Origin: Eledone cirrhosa
Taxonomy: Eukaryota
Length of the DNA: 64,000 bases
Direction of reading: 5' to 3'
Assembly (NCBI GenBank): GCA_964016885.1
Contig: OZ024753.1
Span: 3,100,001-3,164,000 of the forward strand
Below the pieces are notes generated by a model that was not told where the DNA came from, ran no database searches, and was given only the letters and a program-made list of their open reading frames with translations. Positions 24,812-37,853 of this stretch are shown piece after piece (the first letter of the stretch is position 1; each line of letters begins with the position of its first letter). Made by a program: the position numbers and the translations under genes.

Positions 24812-24895
24812 ACATATGTTTCTCTATCGATCAGCTCAAGGCAAGATCTATTATAAATCGAACCTGACTTTAATCGAAAGTTTGTCAGATATGTT
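24812..24895 (-). ncRNA. hammerhead motif split by the RTE insertion (3' remainder at 22282-22303)
   Basis: The rejoined minus strand reads AACATAT-CTGACAA-[long stem II]-GAAAC-ATAT-GTA-ATATGTT, with a palindromic stem III (ACATATGT) and one core substitution. Confidence 0.7.
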
Positions 24896-26107
24896 TGGTA
24901 TATGTATTCCATGTGTGCATGTGATTGAGCTGCATGTGTGTTTTTAGTGTAGAATGTGAAAGTTCAAGAGTATTAATATCTAATGCAATAGTGTGTGTGT
25001 AATGACGACATAGGTATAGCAACTTGATATGGGGATCAGATGGATTTGTTTTATATTCTCTTTGTGTAGAAATGATTGTATTATCTTAACAATATACTCA
25101 TTTGTTTATAGTAAATATGCAACAAAATACCCCCCCCCCCACACACACACGAAGTGACTATTTGCTATGAGTTATATAATTGAAATATGAACTATTCCAT
25201 AGTATAAACCATTTCCCCCCTTTCTATTTAGTGTAAACCCCGCTCTTCCTGCACCATCTTCCATTTTATGAAAATGCAATGAAACTTGCAGGAACTCTTT
25301 CGTCTCTGCCAAAACTGATTATAGCCTAACAGAATGTTCTAGATTTAGTTGAGAAATGTACTGATACTTCAGTATTGTAGAAGAACCCATCATTCTATTA
25401 AGCAATTTCTTTCAAGACATCATTTTGTTTATTGTATATGTATGTCTGTATCTGCATATCGGCATGTGTATAAGAGCATTTGTAGTCGTAGATGATTGCT
25501 GAAATAGTACACAACAACAACAACAATAAGTAAATAAGTAAATATATAATTAAACAATTTCCAATAAAGAAGTTGGAAATCAGTGGTAGAGGTTGTTACC
25601 TGATTGTGTAATTTAATATTTAATGATGAGTGTGAAAGCACATAGATCTCACAAAGCTAGAAATTCTTACTTTTTTGTTTATTTATTTATCTTTGTTTCT
25701 CTTTCACTGGCTCCACAAATAATGTAGGAGACTATTGACTTTCAGATATAAGAGGGTTATGTCGGGGGAAATGAATGCATATAGTTTCACAATTGTGTAA
25801 ACTTAACAGGAAATGGTAAGCAAGATTTTAGCATAAATAAATAAAAGCATATGCATACTCTTGCATTTATGTATGCAATTTCCATATGGAAAACAAACAC
25901 ATATATATACTATATATGTATGAGAACATGAGTGTGTGTTACTGATTATAACATCATGCCTATATGTATATGTAGAACAAACCAAATATATAAAGATAAA
26001 TATTGTAATTTTCTTTCAATATAGAGTGGTATATATGTGTAAGAACTCACACACACACACACAATCATCATCATCATCATCGTTTAACGTCCATATTCCA
26101 CGCTTGC

Positions 26108-26550
26108 AATAGAATATAAAAGAAAAGCGAACACAGATATATAGATATATGTGTTTAAATCGTAAGGGAGCTGATTCGCTTTTATTTTTTTATATATAGC
26201 ATACATGGATGTGTCTAGGATACTAATTTATCTCCCACTGATGAGCTTGGATTAGTATTTCTATTCACAATTAACTTTGCAAAACAACAAGTTGTCTGGG
26301 TGATTGGTAGTTACCACAATTCCGGTTTGTATTTATTTTTTTTATTTTTTCTTAACTTGAGACAAGCGAACCCTATTGTCTATAGTTAGTATTCTTTTCA
26401 TCTTAGCGAATCAGGTCCCTTACGATTTAAACACATATATCTATATATCTGTGTTCGCTTTTCTTTTATATTCTATTATAATATACAGCTCAGAAACATC
26501 TCTTTCTTAGAGCTATTTTGTTGTAAGAGACTATTTTGAGTTCCTAACTC
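26108..26550 (+). mobile_element. foldback mini-element with internal hammerhead and hairpin tail
   Basis: Arms at 26108-26180 and 26405-26477 (one mismatch seen), then a tail at 26478-26550 followed by (TA)n. Confidence 0.75.
26231..26303 (+). ncRNA. degenerate type I hammerhead motif
   Basis: TCTCCCA-CTGATGA-GC...GC-AAAAC-AACAAGTT-GTC-TGGGTGA. GAAA is mutated to AAAA at a CpG position. Confidence 0.6.
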
Positions 26551-27069
26551 ATATAATATATATATATGTATATATATATATATTCAATGCGATTTTAGTT
26601 TACCAAGGCAAAGTATATATTTTGTGACACAGAGTGCACAATAACTCAAGAAGGTAGTCGGTGCTATGATTTTAAGTCTATATGAATTGAACCAATGCGA
26701 AGAATGGACTTCAAATATATCACTATCACAGAGATATATAGAATAGTGTCCATGATTTGCCTTATAGGATACCTAAATATTTTGGTAACTATGTGTATGA
26801 GTACACAACTAATTAAAAAATATGGGGTTCCCTGAAAGAATTTGTCAAATCATATTTAGGTAGATTTGGCTATAGCTCAAGCTCCCTACATACAAGGGAG
26901 AAATTCTTGATTTTGTCATCGTTACTTTGTTGAGCACAAGAAAAGAACTGGTCTCAAAATGTCATCACCAACAAAAGTTTAAGCCTTCCCTCAGTGTGAA
27001 CACTTCAAATGGGAGTTCTTTTGTTGGAATTGCATGGAAAATCTCAATTGATTAAAAGTTTTCTACTAG

Positions 27070-28030
27070 CCATCATCATCCATTTATACATTAATCTTTA
27101 ACATCAATCTTCCAGTTAGACGGTTTTGTTCCATTTGATGCAGGAATAGTTGAGAGACGTGTCTTGCTTGTACAGAAGTGTCCCTGGCAGGTTTTCTACG
27201 GTTGAATGCTCTTCCTAAACACCAACCACCTTTACGGTGTGAACTGGGAGCCTTTTTACCGTGTCTCCTACATGACCACCTTGCAGTGTGGACGGTGCTT
27301 TTTTACCGTGTCTCCTACATGACCACCTTGCAGTGTGGACTGGGTGCCTTTTTACCGTGTCTCCTACATGACCACCTTGCAGTGTGGACGGTGCTTTTTT
27401 ACCGTGTCTCCTACATGACCACCTTGCAGTGTGGACTGGGTGCCTTTTTACCGTGTCTCCTACATGACCACCTTGCAGTGTGGACTGGGTGCTTTTTACC
27501 GTGTCTCCTACATGACCACCTTGCAGTGTGGACTGGGTGCCTTTTTACCGTGTCTCCTACATGACCACCTTGCAGTGTGGACTGGGTGCTTTTTACCGTG
27601 TCTCCTACATGACCACCTTGCAGTGTGGACTGGGTGCTTTTTTACCGTGTCTCCTACATGACCACCTTGCAGTGTGGACTGGGTGCCTTTTTACCGTGTC
27701 TCCTACATGACCACCTTGCAGTGTGGACTGGGTGCCTTTTTACCGTGTCTCCTACATGACCACCTTGCAGTGTGGACTGGGTGCCTTTTTACCGTGTCTC
27801 CTACATGACCACCTTGCAGTGTGGACTGGGAGCCTTTTTACCGTGTCTCCTACATGACCACCTTGCAGTGTGGACTGGGTGCTTTTTTACCGTGTCTCCT
27901 ACATGACCACCTTGCAGTGTGGACTGGGTGCTTTTTGTTGTCTCATCGACACAGTGGACGGAAATGGAAGGATGGGGTAGCAGGTGTGTGGGGTGGTGTG
28001 TATATTGGGTTAAGAGGTGCCTACTGACTG
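27070..28030 (-). mobile_element. RTE-type 3' UTR copy with an expanded internal minisatellite
   Basis: 27938-28030 is reverse-complementary to about 14036-14130. (CAT)n tail at 27070. Confidence 0.8.
27237..27937 (-). repeat. 48-49-bp minisatellite, ~14 copies
   Basis: Unit GTGTGGACTGGGTGCCTTTTTACCGTGTCTCCTACATGACCACCTTGCA. Confidence 0.95.
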
Positions 28031-28342
28031 TGTATGTGTGTGTATGTATATACAATGACCCAAAGAGTAGCAAGAATAACAAAATTTACAATTTAGCTTT
28101 AATAAAATTAATATAGAAATATCTCTATATATATTTTAGGTATGCCTGTGTGTTGTGAAGGGGTTCACTTCATGAGCATGTGGTTTTGGGTTTGGGCAAC
28201 TGTTATCTATACATACATATCATCATCATCATCATCATCATTTAATGTCTATTTTACTACATTTGTATGGGTTAGACAAGTTGTCATGTAATCAGATGAT
28301 GGGTTGGTTTCTACAGCTGGATGCCCTTCCACATTACACAGT

Positions 28343-28382
<40 letters not shown>

Positions 28383-29626
28383 CAGCGATTCTTTGCTTAA
28401 ACTTTAATCTGTTATTTTAATAAATATATATATATATATATATAGGGAGATAGAGATTGTGTGTGTGTGTTCATCCTGGTTCAATAAAAAGAGTTGGATA
28501 AAATAGCTAACAGACTTGAAAAAATATGTACTGGAGTGGATATGGTAGATCAAATCATAAAAGAAAAGAATGTGTATATACATATTGAAAATTAAAGGAG
28601 AAAAATTGAAAACAAAAAGAAAAAAAATCACCAAGAAATCTTTTAGGAATGTCTTCAAAAGATTGTTTGAATTTAATGCTGGGCTTTCATTGCGAGCTGA
28701 GAGAGAACTTTATCATCTTGTATTTTGCAAGCCTGAATAAACTAGATGGGAACAGGAACACTGCGGATGTATATGTAACTCTCACTTTATAATGAGAAGA
28801 CACAGAAAAATATAAAATGTAAAATATTCTCATAAAAAGGTTCCATGAACACAGTTTATCAGGTAAATAGCTTTTCCAAGAAGGAGTCCTATGATGTGGT
28901 TATATAATAAAATCAATTAATATTATATTAATAAGGACGTTATGATAATGTCAATCGATAATATATTAATATGGAAAATATCATAAAAAATTTCAGGAAC
29001 AGATTTTGTTGCGGGAAATAATTTTCTGGAGAAAATTGTATGATGTTCTGATTATAGGATAAAGTTACTTGATATGTTATACATAGTTGAGAGTATGAGA
29101 ACAGAGAAGGACAGAGTACTTAGAAAAGGACTTTGATTTTTTAGGAAAATTTAAGCCATAAGATAACAGTTCAAAGGAGATAAGGGCTTTTTCTTATGTT
29201 TGTAACCTTTACCATTTTTGTTGCATGCATGTATGTGTACACATAGTTGTATGGTTTATATGTTCCAATGTGCACATGTGTTCATGAATATACATTTGCA
29301 CCAGATTTGCACATACAGGCATATACTCATATAAAAATACCTGCATACACACTCATGCATATATGTTAGCTTAAATATACCTTTAATACACCTACATACC
29401 GCTTTGCAACATCCTCACTAACAGTTATGCACAAATACTGTCATGTAGAATAAAATTCAATGTACATACACACACGAATATATATATACTCATATAATGC
29501 TAGTGCTTACCTACATGTACATATATGCATATCCATGCAATCCATATTCATGTGCATGCATAATAGTGCCTGATCAAAGCTGCATGAATATCTGTATGCT
29601 TACATCATCACACATGCGCATATATA

Positions 29627-29960
29627 TCATCATCATTTAATGTATGTGTTTCAGGCTTTCATGGGTTAGTTGGACTGTCATATACTGAGGCCAGTCTGGT
29701 CAGCTGATTAAGTTCTGTTCATATGCTCTATTTTGGGCTTGGTTTATATGCCTCGATGTCTTTCCTGATGTCAACAACTTCTCAGTGTGTAATGCGAGAA
29801 TTTTATTGTGACTCCAGCACTACCAATTTACTGGGTGGACTGGGTGATTTTTAACAAGATACATGCACTACCAATTTGCAGGGTGGACTGGGTGCTTTTT
29901 AACGATACCTGGACTACCACCTTATAAGTTGAAGTGGAAGCTTTTCATCATGGAACCAGC
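29627..29960 (-). mobile_element. decayed RTE-type tail
   Basis: (CAT)n followed by GGACTGGGTGCTTTTT repeats. Confidence 0.55.
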
Positions 29961-30544
29961 TCAATGTTCATGCCTTTTTGCATGGATGCATGCACACATA
30001 CACATGCACACAGACTAGCAGACATGCATGTTCATTCTTATAAATAATTATTCAAATGTAAGTTCATGATAAAATGCAACATAAATGAGTTAACTTAGAT
30101 GGGTGATGAATAAGTAAATGAGGTAAATGAGATAGGAGGCCTGAGATGAAATCTATCTAATGGTGATGAATGGTAAATAAGTGATGAAAAATTAAAATAG
30201 AAAAAATTGGTGTTAAAAATTTCATTGAAACAGAAAGAATAAAAAAAGCAAAACAAAATGAAAGAGAACTGGCAAAACAAAAAGGTGGTATTGGGATAAA
30301 TTATGTATTGAGGAATGTGTGAAGGAATTGGTGGAAGTGAGAACACTTTGAAAAAAAATTAGGAAAAGCCGACAAAACTATCTACAATATCCCACAATTG
30401 CATTGATACATATATTCACCATTTTATAATTTTTTTCTGGAAAAGGTGTTTCCCTGACTCTTCATATTAAAATAATAAAGACTACTTTTTATCATAGTTT
30501 CCATATTAATATGATATTGATTGACTTTATTGCATAAACATATC

Positions 30545-30990
30545 ACAGAGGAAGCATCCAACATTGCCAAAGCCCAAACCATCATACTGGTGGGAGAACA
30601 AAATCAAGGTAATGCGGACTGTTTTCCTCAGCTACCAAGACATTTTTCATCAGGAATATGCACTAGAAGGACAGAGTTACAGAGGAATATAGTCAGAAAT
30701 GCACCCACATTTTTGTGATGTAGGTCAATGCAGGAAACTGGGAGAACAAAAACTGGCAGCTGCATCATAACAACCCCCCTACCCCCATGTTCATTTATCC
30801 CAGCTGATCCAAGTTTTCTTGGAATAGAAAGGCATTTTGTTCATTCCCGTGCTCCCAACTTGCCAGGCATGTCGCTTTCAGACTTCTTTGTGAGCTAAGG
30901 AGACACTATGTGGACTATGAGAGTAGAGATAGGGAGCTATTCTGGAAGAAGTATTCTAGACATGATTCAAACAGCAAAAGAATAAGTGTG
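30545..30990 (+). pseudogene. decayed mariner transposase fragment
   Basis: Translation across frameshifts gives PKPKP, KIKVMRTVF, FHQEYALEGQ, WENKNWQLHHNNP (HDNAP-like) and a YSPDLAPSDF-like remnant. Confidence 0.7.
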
Positions 30991-31187
30991 TGGAGGCACA
31001 AGGAGATTAGCAATTGAAACACAATGGTTGTAATATTTTCTTCTTATCCTAAAGTTTATATATACATTTGTAGATTCCCAAGTTGTGTTGTGTTGGGGGT
31101 GGGGGGTGGGGGTGGGGGGTGGGGGTAACCAGTTAAAAAAAGGTACTCAATAGAGTATAGGCATCTTTTATATATAGATAGATAGAT

Positions 31188-31243
31188 GGAATTTCCTGAT
31201 GATTTCATACAAATGAAACACATCTAGTCCTCTAGAAGTCATT
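31188..31243 (+). ncRNA. decayed hammerhead motif related to 18117-18169
   Basis: TTC-CTGATGA-TTTCATACAAAT-GAAAC-ACATCTAGTCCT-CTA-GAAGTCA. It lies between TA-rich microsatellites. Confidence 0.55.
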
Positions 31244-31466
31244 TAGTTTTTTCTTTCTATCTCAACGAAACTTGAGTACCTGTGTATGTCACTGTTGTAA
31301 TTATTTATATATATATATATATATATATATCACCATAGTTTAACATCCATTTTCTATGCTAGGATGGGTTAGACGGGTTATTCTGTCGTGGGCAATGCCA
31401 GGTGAGGTGACCATATCTTGCTCATACAGAATGATTTGGGCTTGATTACAGTTGGATGCCCTTCCT

Positions 31467-31506
<40 letters not shown>

Positions 31507-31757
31507 TCAACAACTACCCCTCTGATTGTCTTCAAGTAAACATTTTTTTTCTCTGCTTTCTCTCCTTATAGCCTCTTGGATTGTGTTTACCATTATTCCC
31601 AGACCTGATGATGTCACCCGTATCCGACATAACCTGGCCACTAAAATGTATATAGTGTTCGCAGAAATAAAACTTTGAAGGAATTTTGCCAGTCCAGCCT
31701 TCTGTCATTTTACTCAATAATATATATATGCATTATTATTATTATTATTATTACTAA

Positions 31758-31950
31758 AGGGCGGTGGATTGGCAGTATCGGTGGAGAGTCGGACGCCATG
31801 CTTTCCAGCATAGTTACGTCCCTTTACGGTCTGAGTTCAAATCTCGCCGAGGTTGACTTTGCCTTTCACCCTTACGGGGTCGATAAAATAAAGTACCAGT
31901 AATGTACTGGGTAATTGCTGGCCTTGTGCCAAAAATAGAAACAATTATTA
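31758..31950 (+). mobile_element. full-length tRNA-headed SINE (Meta-domain-like)
   Basis: A box TGGCAGTATCGG, B box GAGTTCAAATC, core GACTTTGCCTTTCACCCTTACGGGGTCGATAAAATAAAGTACCAG and an (ATT)n tail. Inserted in (ATT)n. Confidence 0.85.
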
Positions 31951-32574
31951 TTATTATTAAAATAAATGTGATTAGTGTAAAGTCAGAATGATTTCTATTG
32001 TCTTGTTTGCCAGTTATCATTTATCACTTTACTGTGTGATATATTTAGATATCAAATTTTTGCAAAGTGTGATACTTCAAAATTTTGTCAGAGATAGGAA
32101 AAGAAAGTTATTTTTTTTATTTTATTTTATTTAAGTTTTGTTTGTGAACAAATAAATACAATGTAACAATTTTAGAAACAAACTAACTGCCATGCTTTCT
32201 ATTATGTATAATAGAACTGTGTTGCATTATTTATGATGTAAATAATTCTCTCTCTACATGCACACAAGTATGTACATATATTTTATATGTGATAAAGTAA
32301 AGTAAGAAGTAGAAATGACAAGGAGATTGGTGGTGGTGAGAGGAGTGGGGGAATGTGGAATGTAGAGATGATGACAGGGAGATTGGTGGTGGTGTGGGGA
32401 GTGGGGGACTGTGGAATGTAGAGATGATGACAGGGATATTGATGGTGGCAGTGGGGAGTGGAAGAGTTGACATATAAAGTTTAAGACAGGGAGATTGGAA
32501 TGGTGATATGCCTAAAGAAAAGGTTGAAATACATCAGAAATCAGTATTAAATTGTATAGTTCTAATGGAGGATA

Positions 32575-33790
32575 AATGAGAGTTCACCAAGACTGTTGCT
32601 GTATGGAGATAATCTGATGTTAATAGTGGAGGTTATGGCTGGATTGGAGCTGATGAATAAATAGAAGGGATGTATGGAGGCAAAAATTAGGAAGGGGAAT
32701 ATTTTAAACATGAAGGTGATGGCATGAAGTAAAACATGCAGTAATATGGAAAGCAGAGTAAAGTAACCATATGTATTTTGTTGGAAGAGAAATGAAGTGG
32801 AGATGAGATGAGATGGGATGGGATGGTCCCATAACTCCTGAGGAAGGTATAGGGCCGGCATATTGACCATCAACATTTCTAGGGCATTTTTAAACTTGGC
32901 AGAGCCCAACTCCTCTTCAGGTCTGAATACAGCAGATTTCTTCCAGCGAAGGATGGAAAGTAAAACAATGAAAATAAGAAAGTGATATAGAGGAATAATC
33001 AACCCCAGTACTTGACTGGTAATTTGTTTTATCAACTTCAATGGATGGAAAGCAATGTTGACCTCAGTGGGATTTGAACTCAAAGAACAGAGAGCCAAAA
33101 CAAATACCACAAAGCATTCTTTCCGCCGTTCTAACGACTTTGCCAATTCACTACCATAGTGATAGAGTAAATGTCATTAAATGTACAATATATGCTGGGT
33201 TCATAAAAAAATGTAATGGTGTGACATTGTTAACAAATGTAACAACTACATCTAAGTTTCAGATAAGTGTGAAAGGAGCTGGAAATTGAGGGAATGTTGA
33301 ACTGGGTCTTAGAAATGGCATGAAGATGATAATTGTGAAATATGTTTGTTATCTGAGAGACATGTTAAATGGAAAGGGTGGATCAGACTTGGCAACAGTG
33401 ACTGAAGTGATATGTTCATGGAAAAGGTTTTGTGAACTGAATAATGTACTAACAAGAAAATGAGTGTCACTGAAAAGTGGAAGGAATAAGGAAGACAAAC
33501 AATGAATTATGGATGATGATGAGAAAAGAGCTTGTGAAGGATGTTGTAAAGAGAAATGAGATAAGATTGCTGAGTTATGTGCAGAGGAAAAAAATGAAAG
33601 TAACTGAAAGGCATTGATGGAAATGAATGAGAAAGGAAGTAGGAGAGCTGAAACAGAGAATGACATGATTAAAGATGATGGAAGAGGAATTGAGGGCAAG
33701 AAGGTTAGTGAAGCAAAATGTAGAAGATAGGGTAATATGGAGAAGACTGTCATGACACTCCCTAACCTAGCCTGAAGGACTTACCTAAGA
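32575..33790 (+). pseudogene. ancient RTE LINE remnant interrupted by a SINE
   Basis: LLLYGDNLML (YADD-like) at about 32593 and VKYVCYLRDMLNGKGGSDLATVTEVICSWKRFCEL at about 33335-33440. Confidence 0.6.
32870..33155 (-). mobile_element. diverged Meta-domain-like SINE with an alternative tail
   Basis: SINE body at 32995-33155. The segment at 32870-32945 resembles 53983-54045, which also adjoins a SINE body. Confidence 0.6.
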
Positions 33791-36700
33791 TTTAGCAGGG
33801 AAAAGTATATTAAAATGCTTGTTCTGTTGTTGTTGATAAATAGAATAGACATAAAGAGCCATCAAAAGTGTTTGCACTACTGTAAATATTTGTTCACATA
33901 CAAAGTTTTGAGTAAACAGTCACTATAACATGCAAGATATTTCAGATGAAAACAATTCCCAACACAGCATCTAAAGATATGCTACTGATACAATAAACTA
34001 AAGCAGAAAATAAAAGCAAAAAAAAAATAAAAAGCAGGAAGAAAAATGTCCGCCATCTTAATCGATAATGACGAAAGTAAGTTATCTGAGAAGTTCCAGT
34101 AAAACAGTAGTGATTACCAGCTAGTCCATGTAGTTACTGAAGGGAAGTAATTTTATCACAACCGCAGATAAATTAAAGAGCAAATCGAACTCACCTGCAA
34201 AAGAGAGAAGATAAAAATCATGATAGAAGCAGTTTTTAACCAAATTGTCTTATAAGAAAGTCTAACATGTAATTGTATTACTCTAACAATATTTTTATTT
34301 CCATTCTTATGTATTTATTTTTATTTATTTATTTTCTAATAGCTTCAAGGATTATTGGAAATATATGTAAGTAAATACAATAGGTAGGTATATACAATAA
34401 GATAAATAGTTCTGTAACTTATTCAAGTAATTCAGTTTACTTTGTGGAAACTAAATTTGCAATAAATATATTTAAATTTATGTGATAGTGGTTTGGGGAA
34501 ATCTCTGTTGTTTGAATTGTATTGGCCAAAATCAATCTTGACCAAATAGATTGAAAAGAAGAAGTAAGCATTATTTTCTTTTCTGTTTATTCCTTTGAGG
34601 TATTTAGGAATAATATTTGTTGTTCTATTTCTTTTTCAGTGCAACAATCAGTTGGGAAATACCAAATTAATCTCTGAACAGATCGAACTGAAATTAGAAA
34701 AAAATAAAAAAACAAATATTCGTTTTTTTTTCTTCACGAATAGTTTCTCTGCAAATTTTTTTAGCTGCAGTTTTAAAATGACAAAAGCTTATAACGATTC
34801 TTTGTTGGAACGTTTCTAATTCACAAAGGTAGAAATAAATAAATAGAAATAATTATTTTGTTTTCAGAAAGTAATTTGTTCCCCCTTTTTATCAAGCTTA
34901 AAAATATATCTGCTAATAGCAGATCTAAGAAAGTTTTGTTCAGTTTTGTGAACTTTGTTTAAAATTGTCAAGCAGTCTTCAGCTGATTGAAAAAGGATTT
35001 GTAAAATTAAATTAAGTTGGCTAAAGAAACTGCTGTTTAGTGACAATCTATAAAGAGCCTTGTATCAATGCCAAAATGCAACATAGAAGTGGTTTCTTTT
35101 CAATTGATTTATTGACCTTAATTATTGATTTCTGTCAAAATATCACAATCAACTATAGGTTTTCTTCTGAGGCAATCAGACTAAGTGGTATTAGTGATGA
35201 ATTTCTACCATTACTTGGACTACATCAACATTATTTTTCAAGACAAATATCTATTGACTTGTTTGGCAATGAATCGTTTTTATTTCACAATGATTATTAA
35301 ATCAAAATTCAATTTACACACACATACACACACATTTAATTTTTCAGATTTCATAAAAATTATGTGATTATAGAAAACTGTTGTTGATATTCTTTAATAA
35401 ACTCATATAGTTGACTTTAACTGGTCTAGTTTTTGTTTATTCAACATAGCACAGTGTATTATTCTAAAGCTTAACACAAAATTTAACTGCTTTTGGATAA
35501 TTTTGTCTCATTGTTTACTGCTTTATAAAAAAAAAATAGTGATGTTTATGAAAGACATACACAATATGTTTATGTATAATAAACATCCATAAGTTTACTT
35601 ATTGGTGTTTTTTTATGCTGTGACCATATCATAGTAAGCGTCATTGATGATGGATAAAATATCTTGAAACACTAGTGTCTGGTATTCTTAGTTGGCTACT
35701 GAGGTAGCTGTATCATAATAACAGCTTAAAACACCAAAGCCTTTCAACTACTGCTCTTTGGTATTTCTATGGCCAGAGTAATCCCTTTTAAGGGTGTAAG
35801 AACTTGATATATGACACCCCACATATATAGATTTTGCAAAATGTTAATGCCATTTAATTTGAATAAAATGGTGTTCTGCTTTCCTTGATGCCGTAAACTT
35901 ATGGTTACTTTGCTTAATGTTTAATCTAACCATGAGTGTTCCCTTCCTATTAACCTCAGACTGTGAGAGTAGCAGTGAAACACCAACTACTTTTATCTCA
36001 CCAGTTCATGCTAGCAGTTATTACTCTTCCCTTTCTCCTCTGACTAATTAGAAGAAAAACAAAACAACTAGATACATGTTAACTAGTACTGCACAATAGA
36101 TAAATAGCAAATACTTTGTAGGAAGAAACATTATCACTAATTCCCTTCAGAAGCCAGATAAAAGGGTTATTTGTCTATATTCAGTGGTGATTTAGCAACT
36201 AGAATTTGTGAAAGCTATTCCTTTGATACATTAATTAAGAAGCCCTATGTATTACATGATAATTCTTAATGTTATGTTAATCTCCAGTGGAGCTGATAAC
36301 CCTACAAACATCTTCAGTTTTCTATTTAAGATAACCTTCCAACTAACATTAATCTGCACTGTGGACCAGCCAGTGTATCAAATTCTAGTTCCGATAGATA
36401 ACAGCAGTTAAGTACATTTCCTCATACTTCAAATATGAATATTGACTCCACAATTTTAATGGATGTTCTCTTTGATTCTACAAATATCAGCATAGTTGTA
36501 ATATAATTAGTACATTATTTATTTCAAAAGAAGAATGATAAATTATCATCAAAGACTAGGAAATATTAAACCAAAGCAAAAGGAATTCAAATCAATCAGC
36601 ATTATTTCTAAACATTTAAACATAAATTTACATCTCACTCTATACTCAGTACATACATCCAAATCACTCACTGTTAATTATAGAGAATATACTAGGTAGA

Positions 36701-37526
36701 CTTAATCAAAGAGGATATGTCATGTTCTGTCAGCCTTCCTTATTATATTCCTAAACATATGTTCACTTTTTCTTTGGGAGAATTGTGTTGCTGGTGTTAG
36801 GTAACCCCTGGCCAGTCATGATTGGGCAGAACTGCTGCCAACTACACCAAACTGTGGCTATCCATCATAATATATCAAAGACTACAAGGACCTATATGTC
36901 CTTCCTTTTGCTTTAAGATGGTAGTGTGGGATTTCAGGGAGATGTGTCTGCTATTTCTAGCAACTTGACCAACTGCATAAAAGTTTGATCATTGTATAGT
37001 AGTAGTAGTAGCTACAAAGATTTTTTTAGCAAGCAAAACAGACAATAAATGATAATCATGATGATGATGATGGTGGTGGAAAACTGGATTGGCTATGCTA
37101 AATTTCAATAGCACTGACATTTTAATAAACGAATATCTATATCACATTTCATTATTATTTATGATAATTAGTTTCATAACAAAATAACTCTAATAGAATT
37201 TACTAGTAATTCAATGTTTATTTATGATATACTCCCAAGGGTTTGCAATAAATTAGGAAGAGTATATCATAGGAAATCAGTCAGAATAATTATAGTAGGT
37301 TTTGATGGCTTCACAAAACTTTTGCTATACTTTAGTTAGTTAATCAATAGCTATAGGTATACAATTCTACATGTATGTCTGGAGGTAGTGTATATAAGTA
37401 ACTGTATCGTGTGAAACACATTTTCATCTCATTTCCTCGTTATTTTTAATAGGTTATCCCCTGATAATAAATATATATAATCTCATAATCATGTTTTTGA
37501 TCAATTTGTACACAACATTTTCTAAT

Positions 37527-37586
<60 letters not shown>

Positions 37587-37783
37587 TTAAGGATACTATT
37601 TATGGTTATGTATATACTAAAACCTTTTATAGTTATATATATTTTAAACCCTAAATAGTGAAAGACAGTAATTTATTACTACCTTATTACCAGTAAGATA
37701 AATAGCTCAATGTAATAACATCAGTTGTTCTACAGAGCAGTTATATAGAAATTACATGAATCAAAGTTCTGTTTAAACCATTT

Positions 37784-37835
37784 ATTCGCTTACAATTGTT
37801 TCTTCCAAACCGAGCTTTGGAGTCTTCAGAGCAAT
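37784..37835 (-). ncRNA. minimal type I hammerhead, intact core
   Basis: ATTGCT-CTGAAGA-CTCCAAAGCTCGGTTTGGAA-GAAAC-AATT-GTA-AGCGAAT, with a palindromic stem III (ACAATTGT). Confidence 0.8.
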
Positions 37836-37853
37836 GTTTCAATTTTTATAATA

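Noticed and set aside
27237-27937. Regular ~49-bp repeats resembling a CRISPR array (also 16258-16570 and 55485-55765)
   Set aside because: Head-to-tail repeats with no unique spacers, no cas genes and a eukaryotic LINE-tail origin.
31094-31125. G5-6T runs with G-quadruplex potential
   Set aside because: A simple repeat with no evidence of function.
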